IMG/VR virus record: IMGVR_UViG_3300042521_002634
Span: 34,427 to 98,426 of that record
Direction: 5' to 3' (one strand)
DNA: 64,000 nt
Source: a virus
Part shown: one piece after another, positions 19,127-27,560 of the stretch
Numbering within the stretch: position 1 is the stretch's first letter
Layout of the letters: every line of letters begins with the position of its first letter
Translations under genes and position numbers: made by a program
The notes under the pieces: model-generated
The model's database searches: none
The model's input: the letters and a program-made list of their open reading frames with translations, nothing else
Told to the model about the DNA's origin: nothing

Positions 19127-19354
19127 CTAATAAGCGTACGAGTTTGAGTGACCCCAGACACGTTGATGTACCGCCGCGATGTCCGCAGCCTGCTCGTTGC
19201 TTTCGCATTCCATCTTTAAAATGACGGAATCGCTCGAGTCACCAGTCGGGCTTGCGAACCAAAGTTCAAGGGTTTTGCCGTAGAGCATGTAACCTCTGAA
19301 CGCGCCTTTGCTCTCTCGAACAGTCGAGAGTGCTTCGTCTGTCATTGCCATTTC
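19127..19354 (-). CDS. Cassette hypothetical protein
   Basis: Promoter motif 19399 and GAAAGGAC RBS; exact start uncertain. Confidence 0.6.
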   Translation of the reverse strand, partial: EMAMTDEALSTVRESKGAFRGYMLYGKTLELWFASPTGDSSDSVILKMECESNEQAADIAAVHQRVWGHSNSYAY

Positions 19355-19416
19355 ATTTCGTCCTTTCGTAAGTGCCAACCATTTTGGCTGACAGAATTAT
19401 ATTAACTTCTCTGGAA

Positions 19417-19593
19417 TCAATGCCCGTAGCGTCGAAGCAGCTCGCACGCGATTGTCATCGGATACGATGACGCGACATTGCGAACTACCTCCGCAACGAT
19501 GTCGTCTTCGCCCAGATCCGGGTAATCGGCTTTCGCGTCTTGGATACCGATCTGTACCTCGACGAGAGCGTCATTTAACGTTCTCATGCTCAT
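19417..19593 (-). CDS. Cassette hypothetical protein (58 aa)
   Basis: MSMRTLNDALVEVQIGIQDAKADYPDL...; promoter 19615 and RBS; stop abuts the next promoter; not in track. Confidence 0.65.
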   Translation of the reverse strand: MSMRTLNDALVEVQIGIQDAKADYPDLGEDDIVAEVVRNVASSYPMTIACELLRRYGH

Positions 19594-19729
19594 CCTTTCG
19601 TCGTTGATAGATACAATGTATCATCTCCGGAACTGAAGTCGTAGGCCGGCTTAGTCAGAGTCCGCTCTAGTTCCGGAGATGATATATTTATCTCATCAGC
19701 ACAACGCTGGTAACGACGAAAGGACGAAA

Positions 19730-19978
19730 ATGAAAAAATGGTGCTTGCTTAAAGGAAGCGACATCGGCCCAATGGGACGAGGTCAGAATGGCAAGAAGAA
19801 AGTCTACGAGGTAATCGCAGATGGTTCAGTGTTGCGTTGCTCGTGGGGCATGGCAGAGAAGATCAACCGCCAGTCAAGCGTGCAAGTGTATCACTCAGGC
19901 CAAGCAGCAATGTCAGCCGCGTACGAAAAAGTGTACGCAAAGCGAGACAAGGGATACGCTCTAGCTTACGAAGTTTAA
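19730..19978 (+). CDS. Stand-alone WGR-domain protein
   Basis: KVYEV...LRCSWG...A....EKV..KRDKGY; promoter 19672 and RBS. Confidence 0.7.
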   Translation: MKKWCLLKGSDIGPMGRGQNGKKKVYEVIADGSVLRCSWGMAEKINRQSSVQVYHSGQAAMSAAYEKVYAKRDKGYALAYEV

Positions 19979-19997
19979 TCTTCGTAAATGGTAAGTC

Positions 19998-20022
19998 AGC
20001 CAGCCGGCCAAACCGGCTGGCT
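19998..20022. terminator. GC hairpin AGCCAGCCGG-CCAAA-CCGGCTGGCT
   Basis: Perfect 10-bp stem after the WGR gene; near-copy at 20322-20346. Confidence 0.6.
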
Positions 20023-20055
20023 AACTCCAGTTTCCAGAGTTGTTATATTGATTAC

Positions 20056-20307
20056 ATGACAAACATACAAACACACCAAATAATCAACATCCATCACGAA
20101 CCTGAATACTTGACTACTGTCACGTTTAACTACTACGGCGACCCGTACGCCATATCGCACATCGGCAACCTAAACGGCATCGACAGCTACTGCGTAAACA
20201 GCGTCAACAGCAACGAGTACTACGAATACCTCGCTGCCAACTGCGACTTCATCGTCGACTTGCTCAAAAATAATCCGCGCATCGACGCCGCGCTTCACAG
20301 CAAATAA
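20056..20307 (+). CDS. Asn/Tyr/Ile-rich cassette protein, probably leaderless
   Basis: ATG 6 nt after the -10 of motif 20033. Confidence 0.7.
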   Translation: MTNIQTHQIINIHHEPEYLTTVTFNYYGDPYAISHIGNLNGIDSYCVNSVNSNEYYEYLAANCDFIVDLLKNNPRIDAALHSK

Positions 20308-20353
20308 CAAATAAATAATCGGCCAGCCGACTAAAAACCGGCTGGCTATTTAT

Positions 20354-20539
20354 TTACACCGCGCCAAAGTTGCGTTCAGTCCGCACGCGCTCGAGTTCTT
20401 GATTTAGGCTTTCAACTTTAGTCCGCAGCATTTGTATCTCTTCAGCTGCGTTTCTCATCACAGGCGCGGACGGACCAAGTCCATTGCGTTCTGCCAGCGC
20501 AAGAAGACGCCATACAACATCGATTGAACCATCGATCAC
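20354..20539 (-). CDS. Small coiled-coil protein
   Basis: DVVWRL...AAEEIQMLR. Confidence 0.6.
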   Translation of the reverse strand: MIDGSIDVVWRLLALAERNGLGPSAPVMRNAAEEIQMLRTKVESLNQELERVRTERNFGAV

Positions 20540-20736
20540 TTAACTAGTTCCATGGCCACTCCAGTTGACGTGTGCTCTTTCGGATTGTGGCACACTGGCG
20601 GCTCAGATACTTTCACATGAAGAATGACAGTCTCGCCACACTTTGGGCATTTCCATTTATCTTTTCGTTTTGGCAAGCGCTCGTTGCGATCTGTAGCGCC
20701 ACCGCTTTCCTCTTCTTCTGCGGCTGCTTCGTTCAT
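20536..20736 (-). CDS. Small zinc-ribbon protein
   Basis: WKCPKC...PVC...H; AGGAG RBS. Confidence 0.6.
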   Translation of the reverse strand: MNEAAAEEEESGGATDRNERLPKRKDKWKCPKCGETVILHVKVSEPPVCHNPKEHTSTGVAMELVK

Positions 20737-20804
20737 TGGTACTCCTTTTAGACAATAGTAGTTGTTAAGTATACCACGTTCTCCAGATAGATTCTGCGAC
20801 TGAC

Positions 20805-21044
20805 TTAACGAGTTCGGCGTGCAGTGCGCCGCAGCCTACGCCGCTCATTACCAGTAAGTCCGCCCCAGACGCCGATCTGTTCGTTGTCTAGCGCGTAGTC
20901 CAAACACTCCTGCCTGACTAAGCACCCAGCGCAGACGACCTTGGCCTGCCGCGTGACTATACGCGATTTCTCGTTATGGAACAAATCTCCTTTGCCGGCG
21001 CACGCCGCATGCTGCATCCAATGCTGCTGCTTAGCGATGCGCAT
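20805..21044 (-). CDS. whiB: WhiB-family transcription factor
   Basis: W...AAC...AKVVCAGCLVRQECLDYAL...GVWGG. Confidence 0.92.
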   Translation of the reverse strand: MRIAKQQHWMQHAACAGKGDLFHNEKSRIVTRQAKVVCAGCLVRQECLDYALDNEQIGVWGGLTGNERRRLRRTARRTR

Positions 21045-21448
21045 TACTTCACCCCTACTGGGGTGAAGTAACGCTTGACTGATTCTTGGAAGAATGAATG
21101 CTTCCCAGTCGCAACCTCACGTACGTAAATTGGGTACTTCGACCGCGAAGCCGCGATACCCGCAAACGCATACTCTTTTCCATTGACTGAGAAAGTCTTT
21201 CCAAGAAGACCTTCCGGCAAGTCGTACATCGAACCAAAACGAATGTAATCTGTCGCTTCTACTGAAGCGAGATTGACTCCATTTGGTCCAGTCTCGACTG
21301 GCTGAGCTTCAATCTTGAGTGAGTAAAGTTGTCCGTACTTTATGGAGACTTTGCCTCGCTCGAGACCATGTTTTGCGAAGATTGCCACTGCAGCTTTTTC
21401 AAGCTCGTTAGTAATTTCCTGCGCAAGTGATCTGCTTACTGCTGTCAT
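21044..21448 (-). CDS. Cassette hypothetical protein
   Basis: Promoter 21478, RBS, 134 aa. Confidence 0.75.
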   Translation of the reverse strand: MTAVSRSLAQEITNELEKAAVAIFAKHGLERGKVSIKYGQLYSLKIEAQPVETGPNGVNLASVEATDYIRFGSMYDLPEGLLGKTFSVNGKEYAFAGIAASRSKYPIYVREVATGKHSFFQESVKRYFTPVGVK

Positions 21449-21617
21449 TTGTTTGTCCTTTCGTAGTTGACAAGTTAATTATAACAAACTCTGGAAACTT
21501 AAACAAGTGATTACTTTATGTAAAACCACCACAGATCTTCTTCTTTTTCTTCTTCTAGCCTCGCTCGAGGCGCCGGCTGCCACAGCCACAGCATTGCGCG
21601 TTTGACAGCCGCGAGCA

Positions 21618-22862
21618 CTATCCAACTGCAATCGAGCTGTACGGCGCTCCACCTACAAGTACGATTACATTATACCCACTTAGGTTTCTAGTCGTCGTGA
21701 ACTTTACCGCACCGCTGGCTGAAGAAGTCTTCGTCCAAGTAAAGGATGACTTAGCTTTTGCTAGTGCGCTAATTTGCATCTTTGTTCCGGGGAGCGAAGA
21801 TTCAACTGCGATCTCGTAGCCTTCTGAAGTTTTCGTCACCGCAACTGTTACAGAAGTAGACGACGGCACTTCAGTCCCATTGTCGATCTCTTTGACAATT
21901 GTTGTTGAAGTTGTTGTTGTCACCGCAGGCGCAGAACTAGACCCAGACAATGGAGCGTACAGCAACTTGTTTGGAGAACCCACGCCAGCGTCAGTAATCG
22001 CATCGCTGGTGGCAGAACTCACAATCAACGAAGTAACGTCAGTTACAGACAGCGCTGGACTATTCTGTAGCGCTAACGCCGCGACGCCGGTGACGTGTGG
22101 CGCCGCGTGTGACGTACCTTTAAGAGTTTTAGACGCTGTTGGCGACGTAGCCCACGCTGACAGCACGTTTGCGCCTGGAGCAAATATGTCAACACACTTG
22201 CCGTAGTTAGCCCATGACCACCTAGCGTCGTTTTCATCACTCGCCGCAACGTTGATCGCGCTTGGAGTAGACCCCGGCGAGTAACTGCACGCGTCCTTAT
22301 TGTTGTTGCCGGCTGCAGTAACTACTACAATTCCATCTGCAATCGCGCGATCGACCGCAGCATTTACTTTTGATGACAAGTTTCCACTCATGCTGATATT
22401 CATGACTGCAGGCTCGCCAGTCTTGTGATCTGCTACTGCCCAGTCGATGCCCGCGATCATGTCAGACGTCCAACCATTACCACTACAGTCTGTGACCCGC
22501 ACAGGGACAAGAGTCACCTTTGGCGCTACGCCGTAGGTTGACCCGCCGACTACGCCGGCGACATGAGTGCCATGTCCGTAGCAGTCCTCAGTTCCTCGCC
22601 CATCAAGAATTTTAGTGAAACCCGCACGAATTCTGCCTGTAAACTCTTCATGCGACGAGAGTATGCCACTGTCAACTACGTAGACAGTGACGCCTTGACC
22701 ATTAAGCGCCAGCGAAACGTCTTTGTTCAACGGCAGTGAGCGTTGATCAATGCGATCAATATTCCACTGAGCTGTAGCAACGGCTTCCGCATTTCCATAG
22801 ATTAAGGCGATTACGACGGCAACTATCGCCGCCACAATTGCAAACTTATTTTTTACTTTCAT
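21618..22862 (-). CDS. Secreted S8 subtilisin-family serine protease (aqualysin/proteinase K-like)
   Basis: YVVDSG, GHGTHVAG, AAGN, GTSHAAPHVTG; N-terminal TM. Confidence 0.92.
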   Translation of the reverse strand: MKVKNKFAIVAAIVAVVIALIYGNAEAVATAQWNIDRIDQRSLPLNKDVSLALNGQGVTVYVVDSGILSSHEEFTGRIRAGFTKILDGRGTEDCYGHGTHVAGVVGGSTYGVAPKVTLVPVRVTDCSGNGWTSDMIAGIDWAVADHKTGEPAVMNISMSGNLSSKVNAAVDRAIADGIVVVTAAGNNNKDACSYSPGSTPSAINVAASDENDARWSWANYGKCVDIFAPGANVLSAWATSPTASKTLKGTSHAAPHVTGVAALALQNSPALSVTDVTSLIVSSATSDAITDAGVGSPNKLLYAPLSGSSSAPAVTTTTSTTIVKEIDNGTEVPSSTSVTVAVTKTSEGYEIAVESSLPGTKMQISALAKAKSSFTWTKTSSASGAVKFTTTRNLSGYNVIVLVGGAPYSSIAVG

Positions 22863-23068
22863 CGTGAGCTCCTGTATGATTCGTCAGTTGCACGCATGAT
22901 ACTTTCCCATGATGCTTTTCTGTCGTCAGCCTCTGAGCTTCTGACTATTACGCGATCGCCGTACTTAGCACGACGATTTAGTTCACCGCGTTCTTTCCAC
23001 AGAGACCAGCCAGCTACCGCGAAGAAGCTCGCAATGATAGCTTGAAACATAGCTTGAACAACTCTCAT
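22859..23068 (-). CDS. Small membrane protein
   Basis: MRVVQAMFQAIIASFFAVAGWSLW; TAATG overlap. Confidence 0.55.
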   Translation of the reverse strand: MRVVQAMFQAIIASFFAVAGWSLWKERGELNRRAKYGDRVIVRSSEADDRKASWESIMRATDESYRSSR

Positions 23069-23175
23069 TATCGACCACGCTTGCGCGATATCGACATACC
23101 GGCGATTAAGAACACCGCGACTGCCCAAGCAACCGCAGCGGCAGTATTGTAGAACTCTATATCTATTCTCATCAT
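23068..23175 (-). CDS. Small membrane peptide (35 aa)
   Basis: AAGGAG RBS; promoter 23221; not in track. Confidence 0.5.
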   Translation of the reverse strand: MMRIDIEFYNTAAAVAWAVAVFLIAGMSISRKRGR

Positions 23176-23238
23176 TTTCTCCTTTGTAGTTTGTATTGTG
23201 TCTTACTTTTCTTATTTTATATATTACATTCTCTGGAA

Positions 23239-23829
23239 CTAAACCGGCCCGCTCTGAACTTGTATGTTGAACGGCGCGCTCGTGTTTGCGTCCAACCTTG
23301 CCGCAACAGTAAGCGCAGTCTTGACCGCAGCCTTAGCTTTATCTATGTTGTCCGCACCTTCTGGAAGAAGAGCGTACAGCACACCGAGCGCGTATGGACT
23401 TCCAGTGCCAAGGCCGTAGATGCCACTTGTGTCTTTAACCCACGAGTAGTCTTCTCCGATGACGTACACCGCACCATTGACTGCAGCCAGTATTATTGAT
23501 CCAGACTCATCTGAATGATCTTTGTTGGGTGAAGGCGCTGTGTAACCTTGCTCGTTAAAGCACGCACGCAGTGACGGAACAAAGTCGCTCGTTATGAATT
23601 TGTCAAGTCGGGTGCCGACAAAATTCTTAGCGTCAGGCGGACGGAATGCGTATTGCAAGATGTTGATCGCGCGCACGTCGCCTGCAGCGCCAAGCAGATA
23701 CGCACGATTCCGCGCGACCTTGGCTGAACCTTTAGGTAGAACGTAGACGCGCCCATCTTCTTCAGTGACACGCGAATCAGACCCAACTACAGTCCAGCCA
23801 CTGCCAGTTACTGCAACTATCGTTGTCAT
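23239..23829 (-). CDS. HslV/proteasome-beta-like Ntn peptidase
   Basis: MTTIVAV...GSDSRVT...K...GTGSPYALG. Confidence 0.85.
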   Translation of the reverse strand: MTTIVAVTGSGWTVVGSDSRVTEEDGRVYVLPKGSAKVARNRAYLLGAAGDVRAINILQYAFRPPDAKNFVGTRLDKFITSDFVPSLRACFNEQGYTAPSPNKDHSDESGSIILAAVNGAVYVIGEDYSWVKDTSGIYGLGTGSPYALGVLYALLPEGADNIDKAKAAVKTALTVAARLDANTSAPFNIQVQSGPV

Positions 23830-23837
23830 GCAGTCAA

Positions 23838-24140
23838 CTATACCTTTTTGTCGAGTACGACAGGTGACATCGCATAACGGAACTCTTTTCCATCAAGCTT
23901 GCCTTCGACTATCAATGATCTAGGCCACTTAGCCGCAACAACGCACTCGGCGCCGCGCAGGGCTTCGTACCCGCATAGGTCATTTACAACAACTAGGTCT
24001 CCAGTCTCGTAGTCGGCGACTGAGCGCTTAGCGCGGATCTTCTGCGCATGGCGCGTCACCGCAGTCTCTATCGAGAACGCGACGTCGTCGTAGACTCCAC
24101 TTTGCAGATCTGACAAAAACCTCTCAGCTTTTACCTTCAT
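23838..24140 (-). CDS. Hypothetical protein
   Basis: 100-aa ORF in operon. Confidence 0.6.
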   Translation of the reverse strand: MKVKAERFLSDLQSGVYDDVAFSIETAVTRHAQKIRAKRSVADYETGDLVVVNDLCGYEALRGAECVVAAKWPRSLIVEGKLDGKEFRYAMSPVVLDKKV

Positions 24141-24333
24141 TGCTTAACTCCTCTACCGCACGCTTAATTTTCAGAATATCGGAGTTCTTCGACGTTGTCG
24201 GGTCAGTGACAAAGCGATTAACTTTCCTCGCTGTAGTGCCAGCCGACTCTGCAATTTTCTCAATGCCAATTTTCTTTACGGCATGCGCCAACTCGAGCAT
24301 TTTCTCGATGTGACTTTCTAGTATGACTCCCAT
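24124..24333 (-). CDS. Small HTH-like protein
   Basis: IEKIAESAGTTARKVNRFV; promoter 24375. Confidence 0.6.
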   Translation of the reverse strand: MGVILESHIEKMLELAHAVKKIGIEKIAESAGTTARKVNRFVTDPTTSKNSDILKIKRAVEELSNEGKS

Positions 24334-24462
24334 GTCTTCTCCTTTGTCGTTTCTTATACCTGATTGTAGATACCATTATACATTCTCTGGATAGCAAGAA
24401 GTAGAGCCGATCAAAGTCTCAGCGATTGATTATCGGCGCTACTCTACTCGCTATGGCAGCGA

Positions 24463-24735
24463 CTATACAGCTAGAGTGACCTCACCCTTAGCGACCTGTG
24501 ACATCAGCCGGCACGCTTGTTTCGTGTCGTCTACTTTGACTGACGTGCCTGTCATGATGTCGAATACGAGATAGTGAGTACGATCATCCGCTCGCAACAC
24601 CGCAAGCTTCTTTCGGCGACGAAAGTACGCTGCTGAGTACCCAGCCGGCAAACTTATGCCCGCTGCAAGTTCTGGGAGCTCTTCAGTCCGCGAACCTGGC
24701 TTAGCTCTATTTTTTGTTTCTGTTTCTGTTGTCAT
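24463..24735 (-). CDS. Hypothetical protein
   Basis: AAGGAG RBS, 90 aa. Confidence 0.7.
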   Translation of the reverse strand: MTTETETKNRAKPGSRTEELPELAAGISLPAGYSAAYFRRRKKLAVLRADDRTHYLVFDIMTGTSVKVDDTKQACRLMSQVAKGEVTLAV

Positions 24736-24765
24736 TATGTCTCCTTTTGTTTTTGTTGTTATTAC

Positions 24766-25242
24766 TTAATAAATGCTGAATCCGCCGGACTCAACTAAGA
24801 AGTCTGCGAACTCGCGAATATCGTCTACGTCAAGACTGTAGTGCGCTTCCCAAGGGCGAACCTTGCCTTTGCTATCGCATGCATTGCACGTCTTCTTTTT
24901 GTCCATGCCCATGCTGACGCCGACCGTATCCGTTCGGATACCTGTTGCGTCACAGTACTTGCATGGCTCGTCCGGCAACGCAGCAATAGCCGCATCACGT
25001 TCTGAGACGTAGCGAGCAGCGATACCATCTGCAATGTCGTTGTAGAGCTTCAGACCGAGCGCGTAAGCGTCATCTTCGTTCAGCCCATCACCATCGTTAG
25101 TCTGAGCATTCTTCACCTTTGATGCGGTGTCTACGTGCATATCTTCTACGTAGATCCACAGCGGGCGCCAGCCCCAAACGTTGCGTCGGAAGTATTCGCC
25201 CATTTCACTTTTGGCGTTTCTTCCCATTACGTCCATTCCCAT
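24766..25242 (-). CDS. Conserved phage protein with DnaJ-type CxxCxxxG zinc motifs
   Basis: MGMDV...YFRRNVWGWRPLW; CKYCDATG, CNACDSKG; SGGFSI. Confidence 0.75.
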   Translation of the reverse strand: MGMDVMGRNAKSEMGEYFRRNVWGWRPLWIYVEDMHVDTASKVKNAQTNDGDGLNEDDAYALGLKLYNDIADGIAARYVSERDAAIAALPDEPCKYCDATGIRTDTVGVSMGMDKKKTCNACDSKGKVRPWEAHYSLDVDDIREFADFLVESGGFSIY

Positions 25243-25293
25243 TATTGTTCTCCTTTTGTAGTGTGTCGTTTTAGTTTTGAAAGAAGCAGAACT

Positions 25294-25431
25294 TTAGAAG
25301 TCCCACTTCTTTACGCGGCAAGCCTGACGATTCGCAAGCTTGCGCTTGTTAGGAATCTGCTGAGCTCTGAGGATATTTCTATCCGCAAAGGCTTGGCGAC
25401 TTTCCGCGTTCCATTTGGTTGATGTTTTCAT
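25294..25431 (-). CDS. Small basic cassette protein, probably leaderless
   Basis: ATG 6 nt after the -10 of motif 25438. Confidence 0.65.
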   Translation of the reverse strand: MKTSTKWNAESRQAFADRNILRAQQIPNKRKLANRQACRVKKWDF

Positions 25432-25744
25432 ATATTCATTATACAATCTCTGGAAACTCGAGTTAAAGACTGAAGATCGAAGTTTGTGAATCAAAGAACT
25501 CCATGTCGTCCTCTTGACCCAACCACTCAGCGAGAGTTTCCGAGTCGGATTCGTTGAAAACGATGTCGATATTTGGCCAGCCGGTGGATTCGGTGGCAAT
25601 GTCGACGACGCGGACAAACGAGTCCGGAATAGTGTTTTTTAGGTCGATAATGGCGTCGAGAAGGTTTTCGGTGGCCAAGTCGACGTTGATGATTTTTGTG
25701 TGGTTGTTCATATATTCATTATACAATCTCTGGAAACTCAAGTT
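25427..25744. repeat. 33-bp perfect direct repeat (38 bp with 1 mismatch) flanking one gene
   Basis: ttcatatattcattatacaatctctggaaactc at 25427-25459 and 25707-25739. Confidence 0.9.
25463..25711 (-). CDS. Acidic cassette protein, probably leaderless
   Basis: ATG 6 nt after the -10 of motif 25718. Confidence 0.7.
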   Translation of the reverse strand: MNNHTKIINVDLATENLLDAIIDLKNTIPDSFVRVVDIATESTGWPNIDIVFNESDSETLAEWLGQEDDMEFFDSQTSIFSL

Positions 25745-26046
25745 TAGTAGGGACTTTGGCCGTTGTCGAAGCGGCTGTCAGTCGCGATGAGGGCCAGAAG
25801 GACATCGTAGTTGAAAACTTGTTCGATTTCAGATTCGTCGAAGAGTGGGGCCTCGAACGAGAACGTGGCGGCGTCGTTGCCGAGATTAATGAATGGCTGA
25901 TTGTCGACGAAGTGAATTGTGAATATCGGGTCGAGGCCAAGTTCGTTGAAGTCGATTGTTGCGTTGTTGCAGTTAGCGTAGAAGTAGTCGATGTCGAAGT
26001 CGATTGTAACTGCGTTGTCTGTTTTTGTGATCGTGTAGGTTTTCAT
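25744..26046 (-). CDS. Acidic Asp/Asn/Phe-rich cassette protein
   Basis: Promoter 26077 and AAAGGA RBS. Confidence 0.7.
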   Translation of the reverse strand: MKTYTITKTDNAVTIDFDIDYFYANCNNATIDFNELGLDPIFTIHFVDNQPFINLGNDAATFSFEAPLFDESEIEQVFNYDVLLALIATDSRFDNGQSPY

Positions 26047-26106
26047 GATTTTTCCTTTGTCGTTGTGTATATAAACATTATACAAACTCTGGAAACTCGA
26101 GTTGCT

Positions 26107-26313
26107 CTATCCGAACATCTCGGCCCAGCACTCTGGGTGCGTGCCTGAAACAAGCTGCTCACGAAGACCTCTGCTTAGATCAGGGAACGCGTTCTGTATC
26201 AACGCGCCCGCACTGCGTCGTGCAAGGCCTGAGTTCGGTACTTCTACCTCACCCTTGTATCCGCAATGAACGCACCGCGGCGTCTCGACTACTGAGTAAA
26301 ACTCTGTCCGCAT
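26107..26313 (-). CDS. Small zinc-binding phage protein
   Basis: CVHCG...IQNAFPDLS...REQLVSGTHPECW. Confidence 0.7.
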   Translation of the reverse strand: MRTEFYSVVETPRCVHCGYKGEVEVPNSGLARRSAGALIQNAFPDLSRGLREQLVSGTHPECWAEMFG

Positions 26314-26323
26314 GCTCTGCTCC

Positions 26324-26509
26324 TTAATCCCACAGAGGTTCGCGCGGTGTGAGTGCCGCAATGATGAGACATACGCCCGAGATGCCGAGCTTGAACTGTG
26401 TCGACGTTCTCACGCCGAGGTGCTCTACACCAAGCAACCGCTCGAGTTCATTGATTGCGAGTTCGAATTCATTCTCTGTGTTTACTGCCATGTTGTTCTC
26501 CTGTGTCAT
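26324..26509 (-). CDS. Small cassette protein (start uncertain)
   Basis: Promoter 26522. Confidence 0.5.
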   Translation of the reverse strand: MTQENNMAVNTENEFELAINELERLLGVEHLGVRTSTQFKLGISGVCLIIAALTPREPLWD

Positions 26510-26538
26510 GTTGATAGTTTAATTATATAAACTCTGGA

Positions 26539-26832
26539 CTAGTACTCTGACATCATTCTGTCGTAGCGAATCTCTTCCGCAACCGCGTCGTCGTCGTACT
26601 TCTCGAGAGCGACCATCGCCTCATCGACGTTGGTGAACTCTTGTTCGTGAATGCAATCTACGTCTGCCGGCTCCCAGTACGTCGCTGGAATTGTCTTCCA
26701 AACTGTCCCGACGATGAGTCCGCTAGTCTGCACTTGCACTTCAAGCCCGAACAAGTCGCCTATCGCGAAGTACTCCGCAATGACGCCTTCAAACGGCTCT
26801 CTTGTTCCCCATTGTTTCTTCGTGTATTTCAT
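26539..26832 (-). CDS. Acidic cassette protein
   Basis: Promoter 26860 and RBS. Confidence 0.7.
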   Translation of the reverse strand: MKYTKKQWGTREPFEGVIAEYFAIGDLFGLEVQVQTSGLIVGTVWKTIPATYWEPADVDCIHEQEFTNVDEAMVALEKYDDDAVAEEIRYDRMMSEY

Positions 26833-26884
26833 ATTGCGTCCTTTCGTTGTTATATATGCATTATATAAACTCTGGAACTCGAGT

Positions 26885-27031
26885 TTACTTCTTATTTTGC
26901 TTTTCGATGCACCTGACTAAGTCTTCAGCTATTTCTTTCTTTCTGAAGTACCTAACTCCAGACGGAGTTATTACGTTCCAAGTGTGAATGCTTCTCTCAA
27001 TACGTACCTGTTGTTTCGTCGTTGTAGTCAT
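26885..27031 (-). CDS. Small basic cassette protein (48 aa), probably leaderless
   Basis: MTTTTKQQVRIERSIHTWNV...; exactly fills the space between two promoter copies; not in track. Confidence 0.65.
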   Translation of the reverse strand: MTTTTKQQVRIERSIHTWNVITPSGVRYFRKKEIAEDLVRCIEKQNKK

Positions 27032-27062
27032 GCAACCATTATATAAACTCTGGAACTCGAGT

Positions 27063-27233
27063 CTATATCGAGATCGGGCAACTCAGGTTCGCATCGTTTG
27101 AGTGGAATCGAAGTTCCTGCTTGCAAACTGCGCAGATTTCGTCTAAGTCTAGACCAACAACGCTGTCGTTGTAGTCACGCATAGCTCGTCGTTTACCTGC
27201 TCGATAAGCGATGTACAGTCCTAAGATTCCCAT
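27063..27233 (-). CDS. Small membrane-anchored zinc-binding protein, probably leaderless
   Basis: ATG 6 nt after the -10 of motif 27240; CAVC...H...C. Confidence 0.6.
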   Translation of the reverse strand: MGILGLYIAYRAGKRRAMRDYNDSVVGLDLDEICAVCKQELRFHSNDANLSCPISI

Positions 27234-27266
27234 AACTACATTATAACAGCTCTGGATGTCCAAAGT

Positions 27267-27354
27267 GGCAGCGGTCTTGCCTTGCAGCCTCCCGCCAGGC
27301 CGATGCTTGAAATTGGCAGCGGTCTTGCCTCTGCAGCCTTCCACCAGGCCGATG
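27267..27354. repeat. Tandem ~48-bp repeat carrying bipartite motif GGCAGCGGTCT-N18/19-CAGGCCG
   Basis: Copies at 27267 and 27315; dispersed copies at 33909, 35028, 35340. Confidence 0.85.
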
Positions 27355-27356
27355 TC

Positions 27357-27560
27357 TCAATCGCGTTTAGGGAACGCAATGATCTTAGCATCAGGCGGTT
27401 CAGGCAGCACCTCGATGTCGAGGATGTCAACCATCTCTGCGTCTTCTATTCCCTGCGAGACAGCTGCGAATACCTCACCGTCTATCTCTGTGTATGCGTC
27501 AGGCCCGCGCCTCACGCACAGCCGGACCACTACTGAGTAGAGGACCGTGCCTTCACTCAT
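27357..27560 (-). CDS. Small hypothetical protein
   Basis: ATGA overlap with 27557..27775. Confidence 0.6.
   Translation of the reverse strand: MSEGTVLYSVVVRLCVRRGPDAYTEIDGEVFAAVSQGIEDAEMVDILDIEVLPEPPDAKIIAFPKRD

Noticed and set aside
20056-20307. AAC-rich ORFs as a DGR template repeat
   Set aside because: No reverse transcriptase in the window and no matching variable repeat differing at adenines was seen
25427-27065. Classical integron attC sites
   Set aside because: No RYYYAAC...GTTRRRY hairpin architecture and no IntI; the cassettes carry their own promoters
27267-27354. Tandem 48-bp unit as a mini-CRISPR
   Set aside because: Only two units with similar 18-19 nt inner segments, and other copies lie inside genes
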